A DNA stretch of 64,000 nucleotides from Myxococcota bacterium (lineage in GTDB: Bacteria; Myxococcota_A; UBA9160; SZUA-336): NCBI GenBank assembly GCA_965247115.1, contig CBDFGR010000002.1, positions 736,001 to 800,000 of the forward strand, given 5' to 3'. Shown one piece after another: positions 48,432 to 58,836 of the stretch (positions are counted from its first letter, which is position 1; every line of letters begins with the position of its first letter). The notes under the pieces are model-generated. The model did no database searches and was not told the DNA's origin. It saw nothing but the letters and a program-made list of their open reading frames with translations. Position numbers and translations under genes: made by a program.

Positions 48432-49024
48432 TGATGTCACGCACTTACGCGCCGACACCCATAGTTCCACTCCGACCGGGAAGCACATGGGAAGCAGTGA
48501 AGCCGACCCGATGGGCGCCCAAATCGCCTTGTCCGCGATCCCGCCAGATCCCCCCTCCCCCCCCCAAGGCATCGCCGGATCCGACTCGGCGTTCGGCCGA
48601 GAGAATCTCGGGCAGTTGGAGCAGAGGGCAATACGCCAGCCCGCGAGTCGTGAGCTGCGAACAACAGACCACTTCCTGCTCCCAACTAGGCACGCCGACA
48701 CAATTCCAAGTGGTCTGCAGGTTGGTAGCGGGGGAGGGATTCAACGGAAAAGCAGCAGAATTCCGGCTGTAGTCCGAGTTCCGATTGCGGCCTGACCCGG
48801 ACCCCTCGGCAGCATGAGATCGGCGTCTTCGTTGGAGCGCAAGCTCCCGGAATGTCGCTCGGTTCGAGCAGGAGACTTTGCTTGGCTGATTCGGTCACCG
48901 CCAGCCTTCCGGGCGAATTCGACCCTGTTAGAACTACCAGTTGACCCCATGGGACGGCTTGTGCTCAAGTCCACCGCCCCCAACAGACGATGGCTCGTCG
49001 CGGCATCGGATCGCAGCAAGGAGC

Positions 49025-50464
49025 ATGGATTTGGGTACTGCAAAGATACTACTGACGCTGGTCGCTACGTGTCTCTTTGGAAGCACTGCACACGCGCAGG
49101 CGCCTCCAAAACAACAACCCTCTAGCGACGAAGAAATCAACGCTGCGTTGGCTGGCGGCGTCCCTTTGGGTCGTTGGAGCGAAGGCCTTCTATTTGAAGG
49201 CATATCGCCTCAGCCCTGGTTGAAGAGCGCCGCGAACTGGTTTCCCAATACGGAAGAGATTCAGCCGAACGAGATGCGGATCATCTTCATGGGAACGTCG
49301 CCGAGTATTCGTCCGGGGCAGATGAACACATCCATACTCGTCCAACTGGGCAACGGCGACAACTTCGTCTTCGACCTTGGCGAGGGGTCGATCGCCAACT
49401 ATCCCGCAGCCGGAATCGCCCTGAACCAGATCGACAAGGTCTTCATCACTCACCTCCATGTCGATCACTTCGGCTCGTTGCCTTACCTGTGGATGTTCGG
49501 AACCTGGGCGGGGGGGTGGCACCAGCGCCTGAATGTCTACGGGCCTTCCGGCCGCACCTCCGAGTACGGCACCGCCAAGATGGTTGAGGGCATGAAGATG
49601 ATGCTCGGCTGGCATACCGATGCCTTCAGCGTGTTCCCGGTAGGGAAGGGCTGGGACATTCAGGTTCATGAGTTCGACTTTCGTGACAACGGCGGCGTCA
49701 TCTATGACAAAGATGGTGTCAAGGTCATTCACTGGCAGCGCTCGCATGCGAAGGACGGCGCCTCGGGCTACCGGCTCGACTGGAATGGCTTGAGCTTCGT
49801 GTGGACCGGTGACGGACGGCCGAGCGAACTGGATATCAAGTACGCCCAGGGCGTCGATGTCTATGTCACCGAAATGCAGGCGGAACTGATCGCGATCAGC
49901 TCGGGTGTACAAGGTGTTCCACCCTTCCTCGGGCGCTACACCGTCGATACGCACCATACGCCAGCGTATGCGGCAGGGTATCTGGCCAGCAAGATCAAGC
50001 CAAGAATCCTGATGACGACGCACATGGCCTTCGATCCCTACCAGAACGAGGAATCGGTTGCGGAGATCCGCGAGTATTGGGATGGTCCGTTCCACTTCGG
50101 CGCACCTGACGGGATCGTCGCCAACGTAACGAAGGAGAGCATCTGGGTGCGAGAGGGCATCCTGCCGGACTTCCCGAACAACCGCGCGCCGCAGTTCGAC
50201 TTCACCAATGGACAGCTAGTCGTGCCGCATCCCACGACCAGCCGAGAGGAGATCCAGGAACCGTTTGTGCGGGAGCAGCAGATCGACCCGAAGGAGTACT
50301 ACCCCAAGGGATACCACCCGCATCTGCTCGAAGATTGGCCGGTTGAAGGTGACCTGGTAATCCCGCTCGAAATGGCTCCCAAGGATCTTACGGATGGGAT
50401 GGGCGCAGAGTGGCGGTTGAAGCAGAAGAACCGCAAGGTGCTTGAGGAGCAGAGGAAGGAGTGA
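49025..50464 (+). CDS. Secreted RNase Z/arylsulfatase-like MBL-fold hydrolase
   Basis: Signal peptide, FMGT, FDLGEG, THLHVDHFG, WTGDG, HHTP. Confidence 0.8.
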   Translation: MDLGTAKILLTLVATCLFGSTAHAQAPPKQQPSSDEEINAALAGGVPLGRWSEGLLFEGISPQPWLKSAANWFPNTEEIQPNEMRIIFMGTSPSIRPGQMNTSILVQLGNGDNFVFDLGEGSIANYPAAGIALNQIDKVFITHLHVDHFGSLPYLWMFGTWAGGWHQRLNVYGPSGRTSEYGTAKMVEGMKMMLGWHTDAFSVFPVGKGWDIQVHEFDFRDNGGVIYDKDGVKVIHWQRSHAKDGASGYRLDWNGLSFVWTGDGRPSELDIKYAQGVDVYVTEMQAELIAISSGVQGVPPFLGRYTVDTHHTPAYAAGYLASKIKPRILMTTHMAFDPYQNEESVAEIREYWDGPFHFGAPDGIVANVTKESIWVREGILPDFPNNRAPQFDFTNGQLVVPHPTTSREEIQEPFVREQQIDPKEYYPKGYHPHLLEDWPVEGDLVIPLEMAPKDLTDGMGAEWRLKQKNRKVLEEQRKE

Positions 50465-50732
50465 CGTTCTGGCGAGGGGTGCCGCCCCCGCCTGTGCAGC
50501 CGCTCCAGCCCCGCGCGGATCGCGCTGCTGTCGACATTGGCGTACTTCTCGACCCGGTACGCAGGTGCTTCGGCTCCGATGGCGGCGTAGCGGCTGCGGG
50601 AATCGAACCCGCGTCCGCCTGGGGCTAGGTGCGCGTCTACGAGAGCATGGAGCTGCCCGAACGCCTCGTCCTCGATGTCCGAGACATCCCACCGACCGTC
50701 GAGGGTGAGAGAACCTGTCCTTTCGAGTCATG

Positions 50733-50885
50733 ACCCAACCGGCCACGCGAATCGCGTCCGCCTGAGGATGGCCGCGACGGGCCGCGATCTGGCCAGGAAG
50801 CGCTCCCAGTAGAAAGGCCGCGAAGATCCCGACCCCGAAGAAGCACCGCGAGAACGACGAACGTGAATACATCGAGTGGCCCCAT
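50733..50885 (-). pseudogene. DUF3302-like membrane protein fragment, frameshifted
   Basis: MGPLDVFTFVVL / LGALPGQIAARRGHPQADAIRVAGWV. Confidence 0.6.
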
Positions 50886-50929
50886 GACCTCAGCGAGACG
50901 ACACCCACGAGCGATCCGTCCTCGGATTC

Positions 50930-51091
50930 CTACGGCGCTTCCCTGCGAGGTCCGGCCCAGTCCGTGACGGGTGCGGTGACCGCGTCGCCGCTGAGCCACA
51001 ATCCCGGACGACGATCTTTCGGATCCACGCAACCCGTCCCGACGAGCATGACCAGACACACGAGTACCACCTCTAGGGTTCGCTTCTCCAT
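50930..51091 (-). pseudogene. Lipoprotein N-terminal fragment
   Basis: LVGTGC.DPKDRRPGLWLSG......VTDW, then an abrupt end. Confidence 0.4.
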
Positions 51092-51245
51092 GATGTCTCC
51101 ATTTGGATCGTCGTGGATGTTCATGCTGGCTGGGTTCGTGCAATGGATGCGATCTCGACGGCTGCGTTCAACGCCGATACCGCACCGCAGACCATGATCC
51201 GCGCGGGCGGATCGTCGGAGATGCGGTTCGGTTCCCAGGTCTGGT

Positions 51246-52250
51246 TCACGAATCCTCAAGGTTGATCTGGCGTCCAGCTTCGGCGGCGATCTCGACGGAG
51301 CGCAGTCTCTTTTCGTGATCGTAGATCGAAGACACCAGCATCAATTCATCTGCGCCCGTCTGTTCGATGAAGTTGGCGATTTCGCGAGTCACGATCTCTG
51401 GAGTTCCAACCGCGGAGCAACTTCCGATCTGGGCGAGCATCGCCCGCTCTTGGGGACTCATCTGGCTCTCGAAGTCCTCCACCGGAGGCGGCAGCTGACC
51501 TGGCGTTCCCAAGCGCAGATTGATGAACGCCTGCAGCGACGACGATCGCAAGAAAGTCGCTTCTTCTTCTGTTTCCGCCGCGCAGACGTTGAACCCGAGC
51601 ATCACATAGGGTTCACCCAACTGTTCCGAAGGTTTGAAACGTTCTCGATAAACCGCGATCGCGTTCATCATTTGCGCAGGTGCAAAATGTGACGCGAATG
51701 CGTACGGAAGCCCGAGCATCGCCGCCAGCTGGGCTCCGTAGAGGCTCGAACCCAGAATCCAGAGCGGTACGTTGGTCCCTGAACCCGGAACCGCCGTGAC
51801 CTTCTGCCCCGGTTCGGCTTCCTTGAAGTAGTGCTGCAGCTCGACCACGTCTCGCGGAAAGTCGTCGACACTTCCTCCAAGCGTCCGACGTAACGCTCGA
51901 GAAGTCAGCGGGTCCGTCCCCGGTGCACGTCCCAACCCGAGATCAATGCGCCCGGGATAGAGGGATGCGAGCGTTCCAAACTGTTCTGCGATCACCAAAG
52001 GCGAGTGGTTGGGCAACATGATCCCGCCGGCGCCCACCCGGATGCTCGACGTCCCGCCAGCGATGTATCCGATCACCACTGACGTCGCCGCACTCGCGAT
52101 GCCCTTCATGTTGTGGTGTTCCGCGAACCAATAGCGCTCAAAACCCCATGTCTCTGCGTGTTGCGCAAGATCGAGAGAGTTGTGAAGGGCATCGGCAGGT
52201 GTACTGCCCTGGGCCACCGGAGCGAGGTCGAGGATTGAGAATGGCGTCAT
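51246..52250 (-). CDS. LLM-class (luciferase-like) flavin-dependent oxidoreductase
   Basis: [33 protein letters not shown]. Confidence 0.93.
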   Translation of the reverse strand: MTPFSILDLAPVAQGSTPADALHNSLDLAQHAETWGFERYWFAEHHNMKGIASAATSVVIGYIAGGTSSIRVGAGGIMLPNHSPLVIAEQFGTLASLYPGRIDLGLGRAPGTDPLTSRALRRTLGGSVDDFPRDVVELQHYFKEAEPGQKVTAVPGSGTNVPLWILGSSLYGAQLAAMLGLPYAFASHFAPAQMMNAIAVYRERFKPSEQLGEPYVMLGFNVCAAETEEEATFLRSSSLQAFINLRLGTPGQLPPPVEDFESQMSPQERAMLAQIGSCSAVGTPEIVTREIANFIEQTGADELMLVSSIYDHEKRLRSVEIAAEAGRQINLEDS

Positions 52251-52955
52251 CTGGAACCGTTGTTTAGCGCGCTAACTGCCCCGATGGTATGACGCCCAAT
52301 CTCGGCGAATCGCGCAACTACTCGGAGCCACCTACTTGACGACCTGCAAGGAGGGATTCTGGGCACACACTCCCTCGCGATCGCCGGCCCCCTAAATAGT
52401 GCTCGATTTCGAATGCCTTGAGCGCGGGCCAAAGTTGGTCGGAACGCGGCTTGCGGTGCCAACGGAGTGATCGATGGCAACTCGCCAGACTTTCGCAATG
52501 ACGCTCATGACTGGGGTCTACTGGTGGACCGTCCGGAGGATCTCCGCTGCGGATCTTGCAACCTCTAGAAGATCCAGGTCCCCACGGATCTCTCGGTAGC
52601 GGACCTCTCCTTCCTCCAGTTTCGGCGCGATCAGCACTGCCGAGCAGCACCAGTCTGGCGTTCGTACTCAAGGCACTGCTCGACGTACGCCTTCGCGTGT
52701 GGATGGGTCGGGTTCCCTTCCAGCTTCGCCTTGATCTTCGCGTGCGCGGCTTGGGTGCTCGCCGCTCGTTGGGCCGGCCTCGTTGGCAGCTGTAGCGACG
52801 GTGGTTTCATTTTCTGACCGTTACTCCAGGAGGCAACGGACTGCTCACTGATTGTTCCACGGGAGAATCGGAGATGGGTAATTCAATTGTGCCTACTCGC
52901 GGTGCACCGTGTTAAGATGTTCTACGCTTTACGCTGAAGTCACAGGAGGACGGAA

Positions 52956-53495
52956 ATGAGCTATATGCCAAAATGCCTGGGGCACGTGAACATTTTCGTG
53001 AGAAATGCTGAACAGGCTCGCGATTGGTATGAGGACCTGTTGGGCTTGCATACCTACGATTTCAAGCCTGGTGTCGCCGCCTTTATGTCGGCCGACAAGG
53101 AAATCTCTCACGAAATAGCCTTGCTGGAGGTCGGTGAAAATGCTCCACTGCAGCAAAAGGGGCAGGTCGGCCTGAACCACATGGCTTGGTACATGTACAA
53201 CCTGGAGGACTTGAAAGAGCTATATCACAGGGTAAAGGAAAGGAATATACCCATCAAAAACATCTCGGATCACGGCCTGTCCATCGGGATTTATATAGAA
53301 GACCCCGACGGCAACGGCATCGAGCTGTCCTACGAGCTGCCACGGAGCCAATGGGGCCGGGAAGATAACATCTTTATGGCTGGTAGTTTCATCGAACGAG
53401 GCCGCTTCCCCGGGCCCTGGGACGCAGAGATTGCGGCGAGCCACATGGCCCCGGGCGAGCTGGCTATTCCGTACAGGCCCCCAGCCACCCGGTAA
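52956..53495 (+). CDS. VOC/glyoxalase-family protein
   Basis: LGHVN..V, HEIAL, GLNHMAW, Y..DPDGNGIEL. Confidence 0.9.
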   Translation: MSYMPKCLGHVNIFVRNAEQARDWYEDLLGLHTYDFKPGVAAFMSADKEISHEIALLEVGENAPLQQKGQVGLNHMAWYMYNLEDLKELYHRVKERNIPIKNISDHGLSIGIYIEDPDGNGIELSYELPRSQWGREDNIFMAGSFIERGRFPGPWDAEIAASHMAPGELAIPYRPPATR

Positions 53496-53498
53496 GGC

Positions 53499-54218
53499 TC
53501 ACCCAGATACACAAGCGATTGGGGGAGGGATAGGGAGTTCAAGAGGGTTTTTCGGGTTCTGACATTGGCCTTTCCGTCCGATCGAGTCGTCCGAGGGCCC
53601 GGGGGCGGACGATTCGGAAGCCAGCCAGCCGTTGCCGTGCTGAGCGGCGCGGCGCAACGCCACGTCGGCATGTCCGCCGAAAATGAAGGGTGGGTGTGGC
53701 TGGGTCTGGGGCTTGGGAGGCACGGTATAACTCCTGCCCGAATACTCCGTCACGTTGTCGTTGAACAGGCTCAGCATGATGTCGATGGACTCGTTGAAAC
53801 GCTCGCCGCGCGTGTTCCAGTCGCGGCCTACGATATCGAACTCCTCCTGCAGCCAACCGCCTCCCATGCCAAACAGGAAACGGCCGCTGGAAAACAGGTC
53901 GAGGGTGGTGACCGAACGCGCCAGATGAAACGGATCGTGCAGCGGAACGATGGAAACCGAGATGGCCAGCCGCAGAGTCCTCGTCAGGGCCGCGAGATAA
54001 GCCAGCACCGCATAGGGATCATAAAACGGTAGCTTGGAATGAAAGGCCTGATGGGCTTTGCCCCCCTCGCCACTGTAGGGATACCGGGATTCACTTGCTA
54101 CGGGGGTCACGACATGCTCGCCCAGCCACACCGAGTCGAAGCCCAACTCTTCCGCCAACAGGGCCACATCGATGATCTGCTGCGGCCGGAGGGGGAAGAG
54201 AGATACGCCAAACTTCAA
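53499..54218 (-). pseudogene. LLM-class F420-dependent oxidoreductase, C-terminally truncated
   Basis: AEELGFDSVWLGEH, TLDLFSSGRF, GW..EEF, RRAA..GNGW; similarity stops near 53615 at a repeat. Confidence 0.75.
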
Positions 54219-54652
54219 GGATTCACCTTCGGTTTCGCATTATCAACGATGCAATAGGCAAAGGACTGCTCAGCCGTGCCAGAGAACGCTAATTGCACAC
54301 GAGCGCCGATGGCAATGTCACCGCCTGGCGCATCAAGCTGGGCGGCGATACGGCAGGTGGGCGCATCATCCGGGCAGACAAGTCCCACCACGTAGGGTTT
54401 GGCAACCGACGGCAGCAATGGGCGTTGGACGTGTGTGAACGTGAAAATCGTGGCCGCCGAGCCAACCACCTGCCAGTCATAGTGGCCACCCTTACATGCG
54501 GGGCCGCTGGCGGACGGATACCAATCCCACTGCCCACACACGGAACAACGTGGCAAGCGCAGCTCATGTTTGGCAATGCCCTGCCAATAGGGCGCCAGCT
54601 CGGGTGCCGAACGAGGAGGAGGAAACAGGGGCCCAGGCGCGGCCATGATCAA
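54215..54652 (-). CDS. Zn-ribbon OB-fold (DUF35) protein
   Basis: PYW......EL..PRC..CG....YP, PYVVGLV. Confidence 0.85.
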   Translation of the reverse strand: MIMAAPGPLFPPPRSAPELAPYWQGIAKHELRLPRCSVCGQWDWYPSASGPACKGGHYDWQVVGSAATIFTFTHVQRPLLPSVAKPYVVGLVCPDDAPTCRIAAQLDAPGGDIAIGARVQLAFSGTAEQSFAYCIVDNAKPKVNP

Positions 54653-54957
54653 CGTCTCATGGTGATCGATTGTCTACTGTTTGATCGTTCGTAGTTCTCC
54701 AGTGCCATTCTATCCCTTGTCTAGCTCGCCCACTCCAACCGCAGCGTCTTTTTCTGGCGTCCCCTAGGGACGTCTCATTAGCTTCCCAACATATTATTTA
54801 TATTGGAATTTTCTTCGTAGACGGTCTGGCTTTGTACCGTACCTTGTACCAATAGGTGACGGGGTATCTCCCCGTCCCACGCCCACGGCGCTAGCAACCC
54901 GGCCGCCAGCGACAGAGAAGTCCCCACCGGCTGACGCAGAAAGCTCCGGGCATCCGG

Positions 54958-57900
54958 TTACCGATCGACCTGGGATCCTGTCAGGAGTTGTGGAGCGAGT
55001 AGCGCCTTCGCATCCTTCAGAACCTGCGTGTCGAAGCCTTCGGTGAACCGGTTATAGATGGGCGCAAGGAGGTCGCGGGCTTCGTCGTGCTTGCTCTGGC
55101 GCTGCCAGCAGCGGGCCAGGCTGGTGGCAGCGCGTAGCTCGTGCAATCTCGCCCCCTGGTTCTGGGCGATCTCGAGCGCGCGCTCGAAGAGCGACTCTGC
55201 ACGCGTCTCTTCGGAGTCTTCCGTCGCGATCAGCAGCTCGCCCTTCGCCCGGTGGAGCTCCGGCTCCCAGAAGCGCTCACCGTTCTTCTCCGCGGATTGG
55301 AGGGCCCTCTCGATCACCTGCAGGGCCATGTCCGGCTGCCCCGCCGCCGCATGCGCTTCGCCACCGAGTCCGAGGAACGCGGGCGCGAAGGACCGGGATC
55401 CCGTCGCGGCGAGGAGCGAGGCTCCCTCCCAGTACTCACCGATGCTCGCAGGCTCGGAGCTGGAGATCGCGAGGGCGCTGCCGCGAAGCATTTTGCCGGA
55501 GCCGACAAAGAAGATGAAACTCTGGCGCTCCGCGATCGCCAGAATCTCCTCAGCCAGCTCGAGTACTTGATCGACCTCCCTACGCATGTACCGGCAGAAT
55601 GCGAACAGGGTGAGCGCGGAGGCCACATCGAACGGTTGGTCCAGTTCCCGAGCCAGCTCGACTCCACGCCGGGCTCGTTCGAGCGCCGTGTCCAGGCGGC
55701 CCAGCTCTGCGACCGACAGCGCGGAAAAGCTGTTTGCAGCAACGTTCACCTCGACGATGGTGCGGAGATCGCGAGACGGCAAGGGCCCGCGGTACGAGAT
55801 CACTCGGTCCAAGTGGCGCAGTGCGTCCGCCGGGTGGCCCTGCAAGCCGAGCGGGGTCCCAAGGCACACGTCGCCGGTAATCGCTATCGCTTCGTCTCCG
55901 ACCTCCTGCCCGAGCGCAACGATCTCGCGGGCCACCCGGACCGCCGAATCGAGCTCGGCACGGTTGTTGTGGACAACGGAGAGTCCGGCGAGTGCGTGTG
56001 CCCGCAGGCGCGCATCGGCGAGAGAATGGCACAGCTCGTATGCCCTTGCGTAGGCGCTTGCGACGTCGTCGTGGGCGAAGCCCTTGGTGGCGACCAGGTT
56101 TTTGCTGAGCCCGAGCTGCAACTCCAGTTCCTGCGGTTGGCGATCGGGGCCCTCTGGGAGATTCGCAAGGAGGTCGAGGCCGCGCTTGAATAGGCGTGTG
56201 GACTCCTCAATGGCCGAGCGCTCAAACGCGAGATCCGCCGCGCGCCCATATGAAACGGCCGCCGGTACGGGTAGATCGGCGCGCTCGTAGTGGCGCGCCA
56301 GAAGCTCGGGCTCGGCCTTCGCCCGCCCCGGGAAGTGCTGTTCGAGTATCCTCGCGATCCGTTTGTGAAGAGGTTGGCGAACGCTGCGCAGCAGCGACCG
56401 ATAGGCCGTCTCCTCGATCAGTGCGTGCTTGAACGAGTAGATCGCCGCGGGTGGGGCACCGCGCTGGTAGACGAGCTCGGCCTCGACGAGCCGAGCGAGG
56501 CCCTGGCGCAGTGCGGCGTCATCGAACTCCGCCACAGCCGCAATGAACTCGTAGGAGAACTCGCGCCCGAGCGTGGCGGCCAGCTGGGCCACCTGCTTCG
56601 CGGCGGAGAGGCGGTCGAGGCGCGCCATCAGCGAGTCCTGGAGTGTCATCGGGATGGCGAGCTCTTCTAGGTCTCCCGTGAGCTCGTAACGATCCTCGCG
56701 CTGGGAGAGCATTCCCGACTCGAGGACCGACTTCGTGAGCTCCTCGACGTAGAGCGGCATACCTCCAGCGCGCTCCAGGATTCGCTCGACCACGGGATCC
56801 GGGAGCGCGCGATCACCCGCGATCGCTGCGATCATCTGTGACGCCGTATGGTGTTGAAGACGGCCGACGGCGACCGGCGTCACGTGGGAGCGCGCGGGCC
56901 ACGGTGGCTCGAACTCCGGCCGGAATGACAACAGTGTCAGCACCCGGGCGCGCGGGATCTGCTCGAGCAGGCGCCCCACCACCTCGAGGGTCGAGGGATC
57001 GCACCAATGGAGATCTTCGAAGACCATCACCACGGGCTGCCGTTGCCCAAGCGCAAGGGTCCAGGCCGCGAGCGCCCCGATCGTCTCTTTGCGCTGCAGC
57101 TCGGCGCCGAGGGCGGGGCGCCGATAGGAGCCGGGATGCGGAATTGCGAAGAGCGGAGCGAGCAGCGGAACCAGCTCCGCCGTCGAGAGACCCGCAAGCT
57201 CGAGTCCCGCCTCGAGGCGGCCCAACTTCAGCTCCCACGCGTCCGTTTCCTTAAAGCCGCAGGCCTGCTGCACGAGCTCGATGATCGGCTGGAAGGCACT
57301 GTCTCGGGCGTAGGGCGAGGCCTGGCACTCGAGCCAGGTATGCGACGTGTCGGCCAATCTCTCTCGGAGCCCGTGAAGGAGCCGCGATTTCCCAACGCCG
57401 GCTTCGCCCGAGAGGACAACGGCCTGCCCGTCGCCTTCGATGACCTGCCACCAGCGATCCAGCAGCAGCCCCAGCTCCTGCTCCCGTCCCACCAGCGGGT
57501 TCAGGCTGCTTGCTGCTTTGAGGCGACTGCGAATGCCGCTCTGCTGCAGCACCCGGTGGACCCGGATCGGCTCCGCGACGCCCTTGAGGACGGGCGTGCC
57601 CAAGTCCTGCGTAACGAAGAGCCCCAGAACGAGTCGGTGCGTGGCGTCGCTGATCAACACGGCGTCCGGCTCGGCCACGTTCTGCAGCCGGGCCGCGATG
57701 TTAGTCGTCTCGCCGACGGCAAGGGTTTCGCGACGGTCGCCGTCACCCATCTCGCCGACCACGACCGGACCGGTGTGGATTCCGACACGCACGCCTAGCC
57801 GTACCCCGCTCTCACGCTCGAGGCGGTCGTTCACGCGCCCGAGCGCCAATGGGATCTCATGCCCTGCCCGGACCGCGCGCTCGGCGTCGTCTTCGTGGGC

Positions 57901-58353
57901 CTGCGGGTAGCCGAAGTAGACCAGAAGCCCGTCGCCCAAGTATTGGGCGATATGCCCCTCGTAGCGGCCGATCACCTCGGATGCGCCGTCTTGATAGACG
58001 CGGAGCACCTCCCGCAGCGCTTCCGCGTCAAGACGACTGGAGAGAGCCGTCGAGTCCACCAGATCGCAGAAGAGCACCGTGAGCTGGCGCCGCTCGGCTT
58101 GGGCGCTGAGCGTGCCCGCATGTGTGGGCGAACCGATTACCCGTTCGGGCGCGCCCGCTTGCAAGGTGCCAGCCGTCCACGCGATAGCTTTGCTCTCTCT
58201 CGCGGCGACCTGCTGGATGTCTACGAGCTCGTTAACCAGCTCGTTGAGCGCCTCGTCGTCGAGCTCAAACTCGCGCTGTAACGCCCCGCGCGAGACGCGG
58301 CCCTGCTCCTCTAGATAGGCTTTGGCGCGCCGGATCGTCTCAAGGAAGCTCAT
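54958..58353 (-). CDS. Class III adenylate/guanylate cyclase with AAA/STAND ATPase and TPR region
   Basis: ERRQLTVLFCDLVDST, GDG, GET.NIAARLQ, GEAGVGKSRL, EDLHWCD, GFDT..L..A. Confidence 0.93.
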   Translation of the reverse strand: MSFLETIRRAKAYLEEQGRVSRGALQREFELDDEALNELVNELVDIQQVAARESKAIAWTAGTLQAGAPERVIGSPTHAGTLSAQAERRQLTVLFCDLVDSTALSSRLDAEALREVLRVYQDGASEVIGRYEGHIAQYLGDGLLVYFGYPQAHEDDAERAVRAGHEIPLALGRVNDRLERESGVRLGVRVGIHTGPVVVGEMGDGDRRETLAVGETTNIAARLQNVAEPDAVLISDATHRLVLGLFVTQDLGTPVLKGVAEPIRVHRVLQQSGIRSRLKAASSLNPLVGREQELGLLLDRWWQVIEGDGQAVVLSGEAGVGKSRLLHGLRERLADTSHTWLECQASPYARDSAFQPIIELVQQACGFKETDAWELKLGRLEAGLELAGLSTAELVPLLAPLFAIPHPGSYRRPALGAELQRKETIGALAAWTLALGQRQPVVMVFEDLHWCDPSTLEVVGRLLEQIPRARVLTLLSFRPEFEPPWPARSHVTPVAVGRLQHHTASQMIAAIAGDRALPDPVVERILERAGGMPLYVEELTKSVLESGMLSQREDRYELTGDLEELAIPMTLQDSLMARLDRLSAAKQVAQLAATLGREFSYEFIAAVAEFDDAALRQGLARLVEAELVYQRGAPPAAIYSFKHALIEETAYRSLLRSVRQPLHKRIARILEQHFPGRAKAEPELLARHYERADLPVPAAVSYGRAADLAFERSAIEESTRLFKRGLDLLANLPEGPDRQPQELELQLGLSKNLVATKGFAHDDVASAYARAYELCHSLADARLRAHALAGLSVVHNNRAELDSAVRVAREIVALGQEVGDEAIAITGDVCLGTPLGLQGHPADALRHLDRVISYRGPLPSRDLRTIVEVNVAANSFSALSVAELGRLDTALERARRGVELARELDQPFDVASALTLFAFCRYMRREVDQVLELAEEILAIAERQSFIFFVGSGKMLRGSALAISSSEPASIGEYWEGASLLAATGSRSFAPAFLGLGGEAHAAAGQPDMALQVIERALQSAEKNGERFWEPELHRAKGELLIATEDSEETRAESLFERALEIAQNQGARLHELRAATSLARCWQRQSKHDEARDLLAPIYNRFTEGFDTQVLKDAKALLAPQLLTGSQVDR

Positions 58354-58584
58354 CGCGAAGGCCGGGTTCCAAATCCGCACATTCTGGTCGCCTCGAGAGT
58401 CGAGGTCAAAGGAGCCCGACTCTGATGAGCACGAGGCAGGAATTCGTAATGACTCTCGGCCAAGATGAGGGCCTCAGCGCAATTTTCACGGAACAAGGTT
58501 CTGCGCAGACCGTAGTGGGGCAGATGTGGGGGCATTTGGGTGGTCGGACATTCTAGATCTAATTTGAATTCAACTGCATAGCTA

Positions 58585-58773
58585 TCAAATTGGAAGGACG
58601 TCCGCTCTGTCGAACTGGCTTTGCCTGGCATTGCATTGGATAGTGCTCGATTCTCGTTCCTCCTCATACGAAATTCGAAACCCCATGGCTTCGAACGACC
58701 GCGCGGCTTCGGCGGCCGCCACCCAGGGGCGCTTGATTTGCGGAATCGTGACGCCGAAATGTGGCTTTGCCAT
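58585..58773 (-). pseudogene. LLM oxidoreductase N-terminal fragment
   Basis: FGVTIPQ.......EAARSFEAMGF, then similarity is lost. Confidence 0.5.
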
Positions 58774-58836
58774 GCGCTCCTCCCGCGCTTTTTATTGGCT
58801 GGGCATTAGTCGGGCATTCGCCATCCAGCGCAATCT

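Noticed and set aside
54783..54810. Possible dif (XerCD) site
   Set aside because: Arm spacing (5 bp between CATA and TATA) and sequence do not fit the 11-6-11 dif layout
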